DNA of 64,000 nt, taken from Eledone cirrhosa (taxonomy: Eukaryota). The notes below the pieces were generated by a model, which worked only from the letters and a program-made list of their open reading frames with translations, had not been told where the DNA came from and did no database searches. Shown here piece after piece: positions 1 to 31,400 of this stretch (positions are counted from its first letter, which is position 1; each line of letters begins with the position of its first letter). The stretch spans positions 82,398,001 through 82,462,000 of the forward strand of contig OZ024746.1 in assembly GCA_964016885.1 (NCBI GenBank), read 5' to 3'. A program made the position numbers and the translations under genes.

Positions 1-169
1 TACTAACCTAGAAGTTAGTGTAATAATTCATAGTAGCATCGGGTCACTCACCCAGGCTATTTATCAAATATAAAATCTATCTTTTGGATATTTATCAAAA
101 GACTCTAGCACTTTATGTCACTGATTATTTTTCTTTCTGTTTCTGTGAATACATGCACATGCTCACATG

Positions 170-364
170 TTAACTCCTATTGTCCTGTACTACATAAAAC
201 CACATTAGCAAGACTGCATCTCATTAACAATTCTAGTCTATACTTTAGTTTACTGTAAATTTTTTCAAAGATCTATCCACCAGTAAAGATACTATAAACA
301 TTTGAATTAACAAACCTGTTTTTAGATATTTTCTGCTAAATCTTTGCAAGATGTTAAGAGTTAA
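170..364 (+). mobile_element. TTAA-flanked MITE family B (about 200-230 bp). Other copies: 5116-5324, 13238-13463, 29543-29738, 54963-55197, 62498-62710
   Basis: Termini TTAA-CTCTTAA(T/C)...TTAAGAG-TTAA, shared internal motif gtaaagatactataaacatttgaattaacaaacc. Confidence 0.75.
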
Positions 365-859
365 AATGGTTCTAAACAATTTCTTTAACTCACGTTTAAC
401 CTACTACCCCCACCCCCCACCCCACACTCAAATTTCTGTCTGTTAATTTCTTTACTTAGAGCAGTCTATTATTTGTAATTTATATTTTTCTGTGACATTG
501 TAAAACCTAATAAATAATTGCCACCCGTTTTATTGCCATGCTGTTTTATTATGAACTACAGAGTTCTTATAAAACCTAGTTTAATAGCTTAGCTGGTATT
601 AGACGCTTTGCTAGCTCTGATAATAGTGTTTTAATTAAAGGTATTTGGTATATAATTAATGAATTCTAATGTGAAAGAACTTTGCACTTCCTATTAAGTC
701 TAAACTAAAATGTATACACTCAAGAAGAAACATTTAAAGCCTGTAATTTTAAAAGAAATGTTTGATTACATTTACATGTCTTTACATGATATTAAAACTT
801 TTGTAAAATGAAATAATAACAAACAAAATGTTCTTCCTAGACAGTACAACAGCATTCTA

Positions 860-1042
860 TTAACCCTTTAGCATTTACATTACTCTATATTTACTATTGT
901 ATTTTCATGGTAAAGGCTTTACATAACATAATTATCTCACATAATATTGAACAATACCTTAACACCAGTATGAGCGGCTGGTTACAGAAAGAGGTGAGAG
1001 AATTCTGGCCAGATAAGGCTGGTTTAAATGCTAAAGGGTTAA
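860..1042 (+). mobile_element. piggyBac-like MITE family A (about 180-225 bp). Other copies: 4822-5014, 28656-28874, 31684-31898, 38769-38965, 38962-39175, 40267-40479, 45388-45570, 51195-51418, 54665-54889, 58340-58506, 60257-60451
   Basis: Terminal inverted repeats TTAA-CCCTTTAGCATTTA...TAAATGCTAAAGGG-TTAA. A TTAA target site with CCC/GGG termini is the piggyBac signature. Confidence 0.85.
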
Positions 1043-1456
1043 ACATAGTAGCAGCTCAGTGGTTGAACAGAAAACTACAGATTAAATAGATAAATAAATA
1101 AGTATACTAGAGTCCCGGATTCTGTGATTTGCAATTTTAAATCCAAATCCTAATAGGCCTCACTTACTCTTTCTTTTGTCCTGTGTCGATAAAATAAATA
1201 AATATCTGGTTTAAAATAGGTACACTGTAACCCTGCATGTCAGAAAAGAGTTGGAGTCAAGGACATCTGGTATTAAAAATTGCCTCCAAAAGTCCTAATT
1301 GCCTCCAAAAGTCCTGTCCAGCCCATGCTAGCATGGAAAAGTCATATATATATATATGGTCCCATAACTCCTGATAGAATCATAAGGGCGTTGTATTGAC
1401 ACACCAATTCTTGGGCATATTTTAAGCCTGGTGGGGCCCATCCCTCCCCAGACCTA

Positions 1457-1524
<68 letters not shown>

Positions 1525-3814
1525 TATATATACCAAGTGAGAGAGATTTATAATCAGTGATCTCTCTTGATATGTAGTAGTAGTTGTCTCCTGTTACTAC
1601 ATACAGAAGAACCTAGTAAAAGAATAATATAGATATATATATATAGGAGATAAGCTTTAAAAAGAGCAATAAAAACCTATATTATATATGGCAGGTTAAG
1701 TGAGTCATTTCTAAACATTTAATCAATTAGTTCCATGTCATAGATTTTGTCCAGAACTAAGAAGAGGTTACCCAATAATAATAATATGAATGGGACATTA
1801 CAAGGATATGTTACATAGAGTGTAGGGGTTTACTGGAATCAAATGATTGATGGCAAAAAAATAACAAATAAAAAATAAACTGTACAATTTGTTATGATTC
1901 ATTATATAGACTAACATATTTTTTCTCTTACTACATTGAACTGGGAGGGAAAAAATAATTTCTCTCACTAAATAAATGTTCACCTATAATCTAACAATAC
2001 AAACGTAAACAACTCTTGAATAGATGTTCAGGGAAAAGAACCCAACTGAATTTTGAAATGAAATGAGAAGTGTTTGGGAAATATGCACATTGAGGAGTGG
2101 GGGTGACAGATAGAAAATCTAAGTGAAAGAGAGAAAGGGGTAGGTAGACACTAACCTGAAAAGCCAGGTTTTTATCATAATGTCAGGCTTTTTTTTTTTT
2201 AAATTAGTTATGAACAACTGGCTGTGAGAGAACCAAAAAGTAAAGTTCACCCATATAGTCGATCAAATAATACAGGATGGAGTCATACCCAATGACTGGT
2301 GCAGCAGTGTACTCATTAATTGCTGCAAAGGAAAAAGTGATGTCCTAGAAAGGAGCAACTATAGGAGAAAGAAATTAATTGTTTCTACTTTAGGCACAAG
2401 GCCAGCAATTACCCAGTGCATTACTGGTACTTTATTTTATCGACCCCCGTAAGGATGAAAGGCAAAGTCAACCTCGGCGGGATTTGAACTCAGATCGTAA
2501 AGGGACGTAACTATGCTGGAAAGCATGGCGTCCGACACTCTACCGATACTGCCAATCCAATGAAATTAATGGATCAAGTTATGAAAGTGAAACAAGGTGT
2601 AGAAGAGTGGCTTGTGAGAGCAGTACAAGCCATGTACAGAGGAGTTAACAGTAAAGTGAGTTTAGTGAGGAATTCAATGTACATTTAGTTCATCAGGGAT
2701 CAGTCTTCAGTCCACTTCTGTTTATTACGGTTCTTGAGACCATAACAGAAGAGTTTGACTGGTTGTCCATGGGAACTTCTGTATGCCAAGATTATCTATG
2801 TTGTTTAGCTCCAGGTTAACTTTAATTGATCAGACCTATAATAAAAGCCATTCAATCATGATTATTCTGTATTTTTGTATATCAGAGACTGAATTGTCTA
2901 ATGTGTCTTTCATTTTTTACAACTGTAGATGTGTGCTATAAAGGGGATTTGGCTGCTATTTCTAGTTATTTGAGCAACTGCTTTGAATTGTTTTGTTTTT
3001 TATTTTTTCAGAACACACTTTCTCTCTCTCTCTCTCTCTCTCTTACATAGTCAAAGGGGAAATGAGAATCCTATTCATGGTTTGTATTTCTTAATAAATA
3101 TACTTTCTTATGTATTCTCTTCTTAATTCTTCATCAACTTTCAGATATCTTTCGTATTAATTAAATCCCTACTACTATTTTTCTTGTTGAGATATTGAGA
3201 TATACTGAAAAGATTATTCCGTTTTTGTAATAAACAAATAGCTTGACATTTGTGTGTAATATTGGCATATTTTATTGATTTCTAATAATTATTTTGTTTC
3301 CTACATCTGTTTCTTTCTGCAAAGGTCAATGTCGATTCAGAAGAAGACTGCTGACTTGACTTTGAGTGATGTTATTTCAAAACAATATAAGCTCCTATTG
3401 GCCTATTAAGTTCATATTTCCCTCTAACAATTATATTCATCTCTTTGTCACTCATTCAGAGAATTATTATTATTAGAAATATTCTAACAATAACAATTTC
3501 CCTGTTAATGTTAGGGCTGATGTTGAAGGTCATACTTTCATTAGTTTCAGTTTTCTGCAAATTATGTGGATTAAGACTTGTAGTTTTGTCAGTTTTAGGT
3601 CATTAGAGTGAGGAAGCTTAACCACTTCCTTCTTTTGATCATAACAAAGTCTCTGACCTGCTTTCTTTTCTATGCCAATTTTTTTCACATATATTTCTAC
3701 ATCACATTGAGAAAATCATGATCATCACTCAGTCTTATTTCATTTCTCTAAGGTGTTGTGCCTTTATAGAATAATTAGTTCTAAGTGAATGTATTTTCAT
3801 TTCTGTATAGTTTT

Positions 3815-4155
3815 TATCATCCTTTTTACGTCTTTTTATCCATGCTAGCATGGGTTGGATAGGTTTTTTTCCAGCAGAGTCTCCCTCCACTCATTGCATT
3901 CCTTAATCATCTCTTCCATGAGGTTCAGCATTTTGCGATCTGCTGATGCCACTTCTGCCCAGGTTTTCCTTGGTCTTCCTCTACTACAGCTTCTTTCTAC
4001 TGGGAACGCCTGGCATTTCTTCACCAAATGGTCATCCTTCATACACATCACATGGCCATACCAGGGCAGTCTTCTCTCTTACTTGCTACATTTGATTGCT
4101 CTTATATTCGGTTTCTCTCTCAGCTCATTAATGCTTCACTGTTCATGCACATTGT
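3815..4155 (-). mobile_element. RTE-clade LINE 3' fragment
   Basis: WYGHVM.M...VKKC...RGRPRKTW followed by the tail ccaacccatgctagcatgg. Confidence 0.75.
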
Positions 4156-4193
4156 AGATTATAATTTCTAGAATATTATTTTAATATTTTCAG

Positions 4194-22312
<18,119 letters not shown>

Positions 22313-25300
22313 AAGAGATCCTTTTTCTTTCAATATGATATTTCAAAAAAGGGGAAATATTTAATCCAGTAAATTTAAAAAAAAAAAAAGACTTTGTAAA
22401 GGTGTCATTAAATTACTGATTTCTGCAGTCTAAACAGTATTTTTTAAATGTGGTTTTATGTAAATATTAATATATAAAAGCCCTTTACTTTGGCCAAATG
22501 TAACTTTAACAAACGAAAACAGCACAAAAATATTATAATAATTAATAATTGTAACATAGCAGCCGAGAAATAAAGAATCTTACAAATCATTCAATATAAA
22601 GAATTTTAAGTGTTTTCTTCTCAATAATCTACCCACCACCAAAGTATAATTTTCCAGTTTAAATGTATTAAACTTAACAAATTTGCATCAGATGTTGCTG
22701 TTTTTATGTTGTCTTCAACTGCCACTTAGTTAAGTTTCAGCAGTTTATATTTCTTTTTCATTTGGTTCTTAGGATACAAAGCCCAACAATATGAGAAATA
22801 CATACATACGTATGTATTTTTCATATCGACTTCAATTATGGAATCATCATCTCTCTCTCTATATATATACATACATGTATATATTATTCACACAGATAAA
22901 AATTTAAGCAAACAATGTCTGCTTTTGCCCTAAAGTAGGATTATAATTTTAATCTATGCTAATAATAAATATTTGCTCTTCAGGTTTATATATACAGCCC
23001 TTATCAAGTCCTCTCTGGATTTTGGTCTGTATTTATTATTAGTATGCCTTTGGCCACCCTCTGGTTCTTCTCCACTGCCTTGGTATTCACTCTGTCACTC
23101 TAATAGTCCACATGTTGTCTCTGTGAGGAGAGATGTGGCCAGTCCATCCATTCTTGGTGGTTTGGATTATGTCCTTCACACCTCTGTACTGTCCAATCCA
23201 GGTGTTATTCTTCCTGTCATGTAAGGTGATGCCAAGCATGATTCACTTATTTTACATTGGGCCATTGCAAGAGTCTCTGCAGTGGTCGTATTGAGTGACT
23301 TTGTCTCACTTACATAAATCCTCACTAGCAGAACATATTCATTGGGACTTCTAATGATGCAATAAACTTTTCCAAAAGCTGCCCAACCAAGCCCAATATA
23401 TACATGTATATATAGACCTGGAGAGAGATAGTCTCCACCAGATTTAAATACCCAAGTGTCCAAAACATGCAGTATGTCATGATGATACCCTTACAACGCC
23501 ATCAAGAGTTGAGTCCAGTCTTCATATATATATTGTAAATAGTTAGTGCACAATGGCTGAGCTCACACCATTTCAACAGCAGGTGGATGCCCTAGCCATT
23601 GAAATGGTGTACGCCCAGCTATCAGACACTATTTACAAAACATACTCTACTTTCCCAAGTATTGAGTGCTTAGGTGAACATGATCTTACTAGTCTAAACT
23701 GGTAACTCCCAATTTCTCTCTATATATGTATTTTTATCATGTACATGAAATAGTGGTGATGATATCCCATAGTTAAAGTAAGTGGTGGTGGCTTCATTAC
23801 ATAGTAAAATAGTTTATAAAGTATTCTCTACTATAAAGAACCCTAAAGAAAATTATTTTAAAAAAAAAAAAAAAAAAAAAAGCAAGTGCTGTAGTACAAA
23901 ATGTTTCCAAAAAATATTCATTTCCGATATTGGATTTAGATTTATAGGAGAAAGGAAATGAGGATTGTATGAGCTCAAAGCCAATTTTCTAAGCATCTTT
24001 GTAAGACATACTGATATTGTTACACTTTTCACTCTGAAAGAAATTAAAAAAAACACCATGGCTACTACTGGTACAGAGTAAATTATGTTGGCAAACATAG
24101 AAAAAATTTAAGCATTCCATATAAATTATACATTTTCGTCCCCTATTTTAATGCACCTTTGGAATATTTCCCATTCACTTGGTGTTTGAATGATTTCACC
24201 TGAAATCATTTAGTTGATGGTTGATTTAAATTCAAGTAAAGAGCTTTTTTTTTTCTTTTTTTTTTTTTTTTTAATCTTTCTGTAAAATATTTTAAAAAGC
24301 ATACAGCGATTTAAAAAATTTTCTTGTTCAAGCTTCATATAAAGTGTTCAAATGTAAATTGAAATTTTATGATCTGCTTAAATATCTTTAATATCTAAAT
24401 AAATTTCAAATTTCTGTAAAGAATATTTTGATATTGAGCATGATTCTGATTCTCGTAACTTAAAACAGATTTTTCTGTCATCATGTATCAAAATATTTCC
24501 ATTTCTATTTTTCATTAAAAGTTTCTCAACTTCATTCAGTGCTTGATGAAATAAATATATATATATATACATAAATATATAATATAAAAAATATTTGTGT
24601 ATCGACTTGTTATGCGCGTTTCCAACACCAGTAATTCACTGTACTACCAACATTATATATATACTTTCATTTTGACCTGTATATCTTGTCACAAGAATAT
24701 TGTTTTAAACCTGCAGCTAGCATGGGCTTTTCAAAATATCCCTAATGTGGTATAACAAATTTTTTTTATTGTTTAATTCTGTATGTATTTGAACTTAAAA
24801 AAATCAACGACTAATAGAAACAATGGATTAAAAGCAAAAATATAGAACAGCAATGCAGCTAATTGAAATAACATTTTATATTGTTATTTGCTTTGTCATT
24901 GTAAAGTGTTCAGCCTTTTGTTCATGTAATGGAAATGGAGTAAAAGAAAGTCTGTACCCTAAGGCTGCCTTAAAAAAATTTCATCCATAACTAAAAATCA
25001 AAAACTAAATGTGAAAGTAAATGTGTACTTCTAATAAAGGTACTGAAGTAAATATATTTATATGAAATAAACTGTTACCTTTTCTGGACACAGTAACACT
25101 TGTAAACAATTTATAAAAGCAGTTAGTTGAACTGACATAATGAAATATTTTGCTATTAACAATGCCTCTCTCATGGTAACTAAATTTCAAAAATACATTT
25201 TCAACTTTTTTAGTGCTTTGAATTTAAAAAAAAAAAAAAAAAGTAAACACTTCATAAAGTTTAACGTCAAACATTCTTTTTTTCTTAATGTATAATGCTT

Positions 25301-26529
25301 GACAAAGAATAAAGTCAAGAGTTATACAGTTCGAACATACTAGACAACCTAAAAGGTGCTTTCTTTCCATATCGATCAACAGTTTGCTATAATACATCTG
25401 ATGTGGCTTGTTGTAAATTTATTATAGTAAGTGTAATTGTCTATAAAATGAAATTTCCTTCTGCGAATAACACTAATAGCACATTACTACAATGTTGATT
25501 TGAATTGTTAAAGTGAATATGTCAATGATCTGATCATGAAAATGACCTATGAAGTTATTCAAATATTTTTTAGTTTGACAATGAACAGCAAGTTCACGAA
25601 ACAATATTTTTTGTAATGTCTTAATAGAATATATTCATTTAATACATATTTTATTGATATCAAATAAAGTTTAAAAGAGAAAAATCTGTGTTGTGTTTAA
25701 TATTAAACCACAAGTTCTTTCAATGGTAGTTTAACCTAAAGAAAACTATGCTTCTCAGAGCAAAGATGAATAAAGTACAGTTAGAAGGTATGAGGAAATA
25801 TATACCATATATATATAAGCTGACCCCCTATTCTATGTCTGAGAAATGGGCTAAAATCCAAACCCCTTAGGCAGTTAATTATCTTTATGAAGAGAATTTA
25901 TGAAGTTTTAATATTTTTGTATTTAAATATGTTGTTTAGAGTATAGTTTTTGTTTCACAACTCATGATTTTTTTTACCATTTCATCCGTTTTATAAAGTT
26001 TCAATGAGTTTCTTGAATTTTTGTTTACTTCCAGCCACTCACATAATAGTATTTTGCTTCTTTTTTTAGCAGACAACAATAGCACCATCTCCCAAATGTA
26101 ATAGGTTTTTATTGTAATATACACATTGAATACAAAGGGTCAATATAGTAACGTTACCCGATAATCAATGAGTCACCCAAGGTAGGGTCGCTACTCCTCC
26201 AAATTGAGAGATCACAGCTCTAATATTATGGGCATGTGGTTAGAATGTCTCAGGAAAGGAATCACTGGACAGATATTACAGGCAAAACCAACCAGCAGGA
26301 GACTCAGGGATAGACCCCGAGCAAGATGTTGGATAACATCCATGAGCTTGGCTGGTCTCGCTAGGAGATCCAGCCAGATCAGTTGGAGACGGTAGCTTCT
26401 GACAGGACCCACTAGAAGGAGTGTTTAAGGACTCTGCCCCCACGACCCTCTCAGGAATAAGTAGGCAAAAAAGAAGAGATTAACTTGTATCAACAAAATT
26501 TATTTACATATATACAAAGATTATACACT

Positions 26530-26731
26530 TACCATATATACTCAAATATAAACCGATACAAATATAAGATGACCCCACTATTTTAGGTCTGAGAAATGGG
26601 CAAAAAATCCAATCCTTATTTACATAGAATTTGAAGTAGGTGAAAAAAAATTATCAAAATATTAACTCCAAATATAAGCAGACCCTCCTACCATTGATTT
26701 TTGGGTCACATATACCTTAGCTTATACGGTA
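26530..26731. mobile_element. Tc1/pogo-type MITE remnant, with a related partial copy near 25803-26125
   Basis: Termini taccatatatactc...tatacggta, shared internal tataag.tgaccc...gtctgagaaatgggc. Confidence 0.5.
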
Positions 26732-27997
26732 CATTTACACACTCACACACAACACCATTACCATTTTAACAAACATTAGAATGATGATGATATGTTTTCT
26801 AACATCCTAGTCAGGGAGAGAAGGGCAGTGCCTATGATTCTTTATTTTTTCAGGGATTCTGAGATTGGTTGAATCAAGTTATCTTAACTTCATTCAACTA
26901 GTCTCAGAAACAAAGGACCAAATGCTTGCAATTATGTGAATTCCACTAAAGGCATCCAAGTGATGTGGCACTCTGTCGGTTATGACGATGAGTGTTCCAG
27001 TTAAACCAATCAACAGAACAGCCTGCTCGTGAAATTAATATGCAATGGCTGAGCATTCCACAGACCTCTAAGGGAGATTCAGCATGACACAGAATATGAC
27101 AAGGCAGATACAACTCATTTTTGCCAGCTGACTGGACTGGAGAAACATAAAATAAACTGTTTTGCTGTAGGACACAATGTGCTGCCAGGAATCGAACTCA
27201 CAACCTTATGATTGTAAGCTGATACCCTAACCACAAAGCCACACGCCTTCACGATGTTAAACTAGGCAAATGATTAAGCCTACTATCTAAATTGAGAAGT
27301 GTTACTAAATCATATTTGATAACATTTCTCAATTACAATATCAAAGAAATATGAATACAGAATTTCTTCTTAGCAATAGTAACTTGCTGGTTCTAATTTT
27401 TAAATGCTCTAATGCGTGTATATTGAAATTGTTTCTACATTAGGCACAAAGGCAAACAATTTGAGGGGAGGAGAAAGTCGATGAAATTGGCCCCAGTGCG
27501 TGACTGGTACTTTATTTTATCACCCCCATAAAGACGAAAGGCAAAGCAAACTTCAGCAAGATTTGAACTCGGAGCATAAAGAGCCATAACTCTATGCCAC
27601 AAAGCATATTATCTGACGTTCTACCATTACTGCCAATCCACCACCCTATGTATATTTAAAATAATAAACACAACTTTTTACAATTTTGATTGAATCAAAG
27701 TACAAAATATACTTTCAATATTTGTATCATTATAAAACTGAAAATCTAAAATACTGCTTGATTTTAAATACAAAAAAGATTCTAATATACAAAATTCTCA
27801 CTTAAAAAATACTGGCCCACTACAGAATTACAAATAGGAAAATAATACTGAAACTATTTTATATTGGTACAGAAATTTTAGCATATGATAATTCCTACAA
27901 GAAATTTAAATCTGTTGAGGTTTTCCTTGTTTTACATAAATAAGGGTGAAATGAGAAGTAAATTCTCAAATAATTAAGCAATTATAGCCATTCCTAA

Positions 27998-28003
27998 TTT
28001 ATT
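27998..28003 (-). promoter_or_regulatory. Candidate polyadenylation signal of separase
   Basis: AATAAA on the - strand about 220 nt after the stop. The hexamer is common in AT-rich DNA. Confidence 0.3.
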
Positions 28004-28221
28004 GAAGTCATAACATTTTTCCCCTATTTTTCAAGATCAACCCATGTTTGTCTGTCAATAAAAATTACATCTAACTGTTAAACTTGGCTTTAGGATTTAT
28101 ATTTTCTAAAGCCCCCAAGAAATAAGTTTAAGATGTTTCTAAAAGAAATCCCTGATTTATGTTCAAATATTTGCTTTTGACATATTAACTAACAACTAAT
28201 ACTAATCTGTAGTGAATTTCT

Positions 28222-28432
28222 TTACAACGGAAATCCATAAACCACTGGAGCACAACCAATGAGGTAGGGGAGTCTGCAGGCATCTCTGGCGTTCACCACT
28301 GCTTCTGTCAGTGTTACACAGTCTTTTTTCTTATTGCAATTCATGACTGATACCCAATTCTTCAACATGGCCTCTAGAAAGCGGTCAATATCTTTATCAG
28401 TTACATCCCAAAGGTTTGCCACAATCATTGGG
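28222..28432 (-). CDS. ESPL1: Separase last coding exon ([18 protein letters not shown]...PVVYGFPL*)
   Basis: NLWDVTD motif, acceptor ttttcag, stop TAA. Confidence 0.95.
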
Positions 28433-31400
28433 CTGAAAATACAAATCAATCCAAGGAATCACACAAATATATAAATAAGCATTAAAAAATAGATGTTAAA
28501 CAATGATGATGATAAATAAATAACCTCAAATACACACACACACAGATTCACATAAAAAATATGATTAAACATCTTTAACATTTACACTAAAGCACAGCTA
28601 TTGTCTTTTTCTGTCAAATGTTACACAGTAGTTACTATCTCTTGAAATGTAAAGATTAACCCTTTAGCGTATAAACCGGCCATATCAGGCCAGAATTCTC
28701 TCACCTCTCTGTTCAAACCGGCTGTAACCGGCCACCTATACTTATATTATTGTTCTTAAAATAAATAATATCAAAATCTCATGGATTCGATATTATGTGA
28801 GATAATTATGTAAGATAAAGCCTTTACCATGAAAATCTAATAGTAAATATAGAGTAATGTAAATGCTAAAGGGTGTAGATTGTCTTTTTTTTTTTATTTA
28901 ATTATTTTATATAAAACTATCCCAATATTACTATTACTTATACATGTCCAAAGAAAAGCATCATCTGATCATAATATTGATTTCTAATTTAAGCACAAGG
29001 CCAACACATGGGAGAAGTTAATGAAATCAACCCAATACTTGACATACTTTATTTTATTGACCCTAGGAGGATATAAGTGAAAGTTGACCATGGCAGAATT
29101 TGAACTCAGAATGTAAAGAGTCTGAACAAGTACTGGAAAGGCATTTTATCTGATAATCTACCAGTTCGGCCAATCCCTTAACATTGAGCTGTTACAAATC
29201 AAAACTAAAAGAAATATATGTAGTCAGAGTGTAACATAAATACACACATAGGCATGCATACCCACATAAATATTTATGTATTAGGTGAATAGGATAATTA
29301 TCTAGTGGAAGAATATGTTTCTAAATATATATAGGTTCACTAAAACTACATAAAAAGAGTTTACTTTATGTATTTCCAATTTAGCAAAATAACTTTATTA
29401 TTACTCTTTAATGAGAGGAGAAAGGGGCAGTGACCATGACTTTTTGTAAAACCTCGAACTCAGTTGCAGCAAGAGATAGTACATCAGGATATCTTTAGAG
29501 AACTGGAACAAATAGATGAAAACTAACAACACAGAAACAGCTTTAACTCTAAATGTCCTGTACCACATGAAACTGCATTAGTAAGACATTCTTGAAAAGT
29601 ACACAACAGCATTATAACTGCGTAACTTAGTAAATTAAAGTCTTTACTCTAATGTTATAAATTTTCACTACAATCTGTCCACTAGTAAAGATATTATAAA
29701 CCGATCCAGCTTTTAGATATATTCATGTTAAGAGTTAATAGACAAAATAGTAAAACTGAAACAGTAATAAATAAGGGTTTATAATTTTGGCTCAAGGCCA
29801 GCAATTTCTGGGAGGGAGAAGAAAGTTGATTACATCGATCCCAATACTTGAATGGTACTTCAACAGGATTTGAACTCAGAACATATAGAACCAAGACAAA
29901 AACTGGTATTTTGTCTGATGTTCTAATGCCGCTAATCCTCTGTCAGTAATAAATAATAAAAGAAGAGAAAATGTAAAACTTACCAAAATGCCAAATAGTA
30001 GTTTGTAATCATTCCACATTCATCCAGGACCCCTTTTGCCTCCATGTAGCCACTACTACATCCCATTAATATGGCAGCAGCATGGCAGTTTAAGTTTTGT
30101 AAATGATCACCATGTAGATATTTACTTCCACTGCCATGACCACAATATCTATAAAATAGAATATTACAGATTATGGCAAACACATGTATATATTATTATT
30201 TTTATTATTATAATTATTAAATTTGTGTTAACATATTTAATGCAGTGAACATTAAAAAAAGCTAACTAGAAAAAACTGTGCGGTGAGGAAAAACACAATA
30301 TTAGTTAATGACAATATAATTATTTCGGCAAGTATGGGTCACCATTTTGGACATATTACAGTCTTCTTATTTGCTAAAATAGTGATGAATGAATCACTAA
30401 GTAAATGTACAAGAATGTACATAGGTTGGTGTAGGAAAATAAGTTAGTTTGGAGAATAAGAAATTTGGGGATGCCATCAGCATAAAAAAGTTAAATTGGG
30501 TACAGGCAGGCCCGTTGTGGTTAAAAAGTCTGTTTCACAAACCACATGGTTCCAGTTTCAATTTCACTGCACAGCACCTGGTGTAAAAGTTTACTACCAT
30601 CACGTGTGTATGTGTGTCATCAAAATTATTGGCAAGACAGAGTATTGAACCTGTAAGTCTTTCAATCTGCCAGAATCACCAGCATAGAAGTAATCCTCTT
30701 CAAATTAAAGTTGTGCAGTATGGGACATGTCAAGACAGTTGAGAACAGAATGCCCAAAGCCACCCTCTATGGTGGGCTTACATGTAGAGCATGAGTGCAA
30801 GGTGGGTAGAAAAAAATGATTCAAAGATGATCTTCAACAAACCCTGAAACACTGTCGAGCTGAGAAGATGCAGCAAAGGACGAGCAAGGCTAACACTTGT
30901 TTACTACACAGCACCTCTCTGAGCCCAGTTTCAAGCTGACCAAATAACTGTGAGCAGAGACTGGCATATGGCTTGGCAGCATCATTGACAACTATTTGGT
31001 CCACAAGCAAAGCATACATGCAACATCTGCAGTCAAGTCTGTGGGTCCATATTGGACTTTTAATCTATGTATATGTCCATCACAGGGTGCCATGAAGCAG
31101 AATATCATCAACTTCAGTGGACTACAAAGATGTGTCATCATTTTCTGTGTTTGAGCACATATAATGTGTGTATTGAGCACATATAATGTGTGTTTGTGTG
31201 TGAATGTGTCAGCACATATAGTGTGTGTATATACACATATAATGTGTGTTGAGTACATATAGTGTGTGTGTTGAGCACATCCAGTGAGTGTGTTGAGCAC
31301 ATACAGTGTGTGTGTGTATGTCTGTGTGTGCCATATAGTATGTTTTGTGTGTGTCTGCATATATATTTTTGTTCATATTCTTCGAACAAAGTCCTTTGCA

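Noticed and set aside
1278-1315. 19-bp direct duplication (aattgcctccaaaagtcct x2), and a similar 36-bp duplication near 57843-57910
   Set aside because: Ordinary slippage duplications in intronic or repeat DNA.
3051-3079. Possible microexon of the epimerase gene after a (CT)n...tag acceptor
   Set aside because: It is 29 nt long, has a weak donor (gtttgt), and does not encode the expected IRGGIP-type motif.
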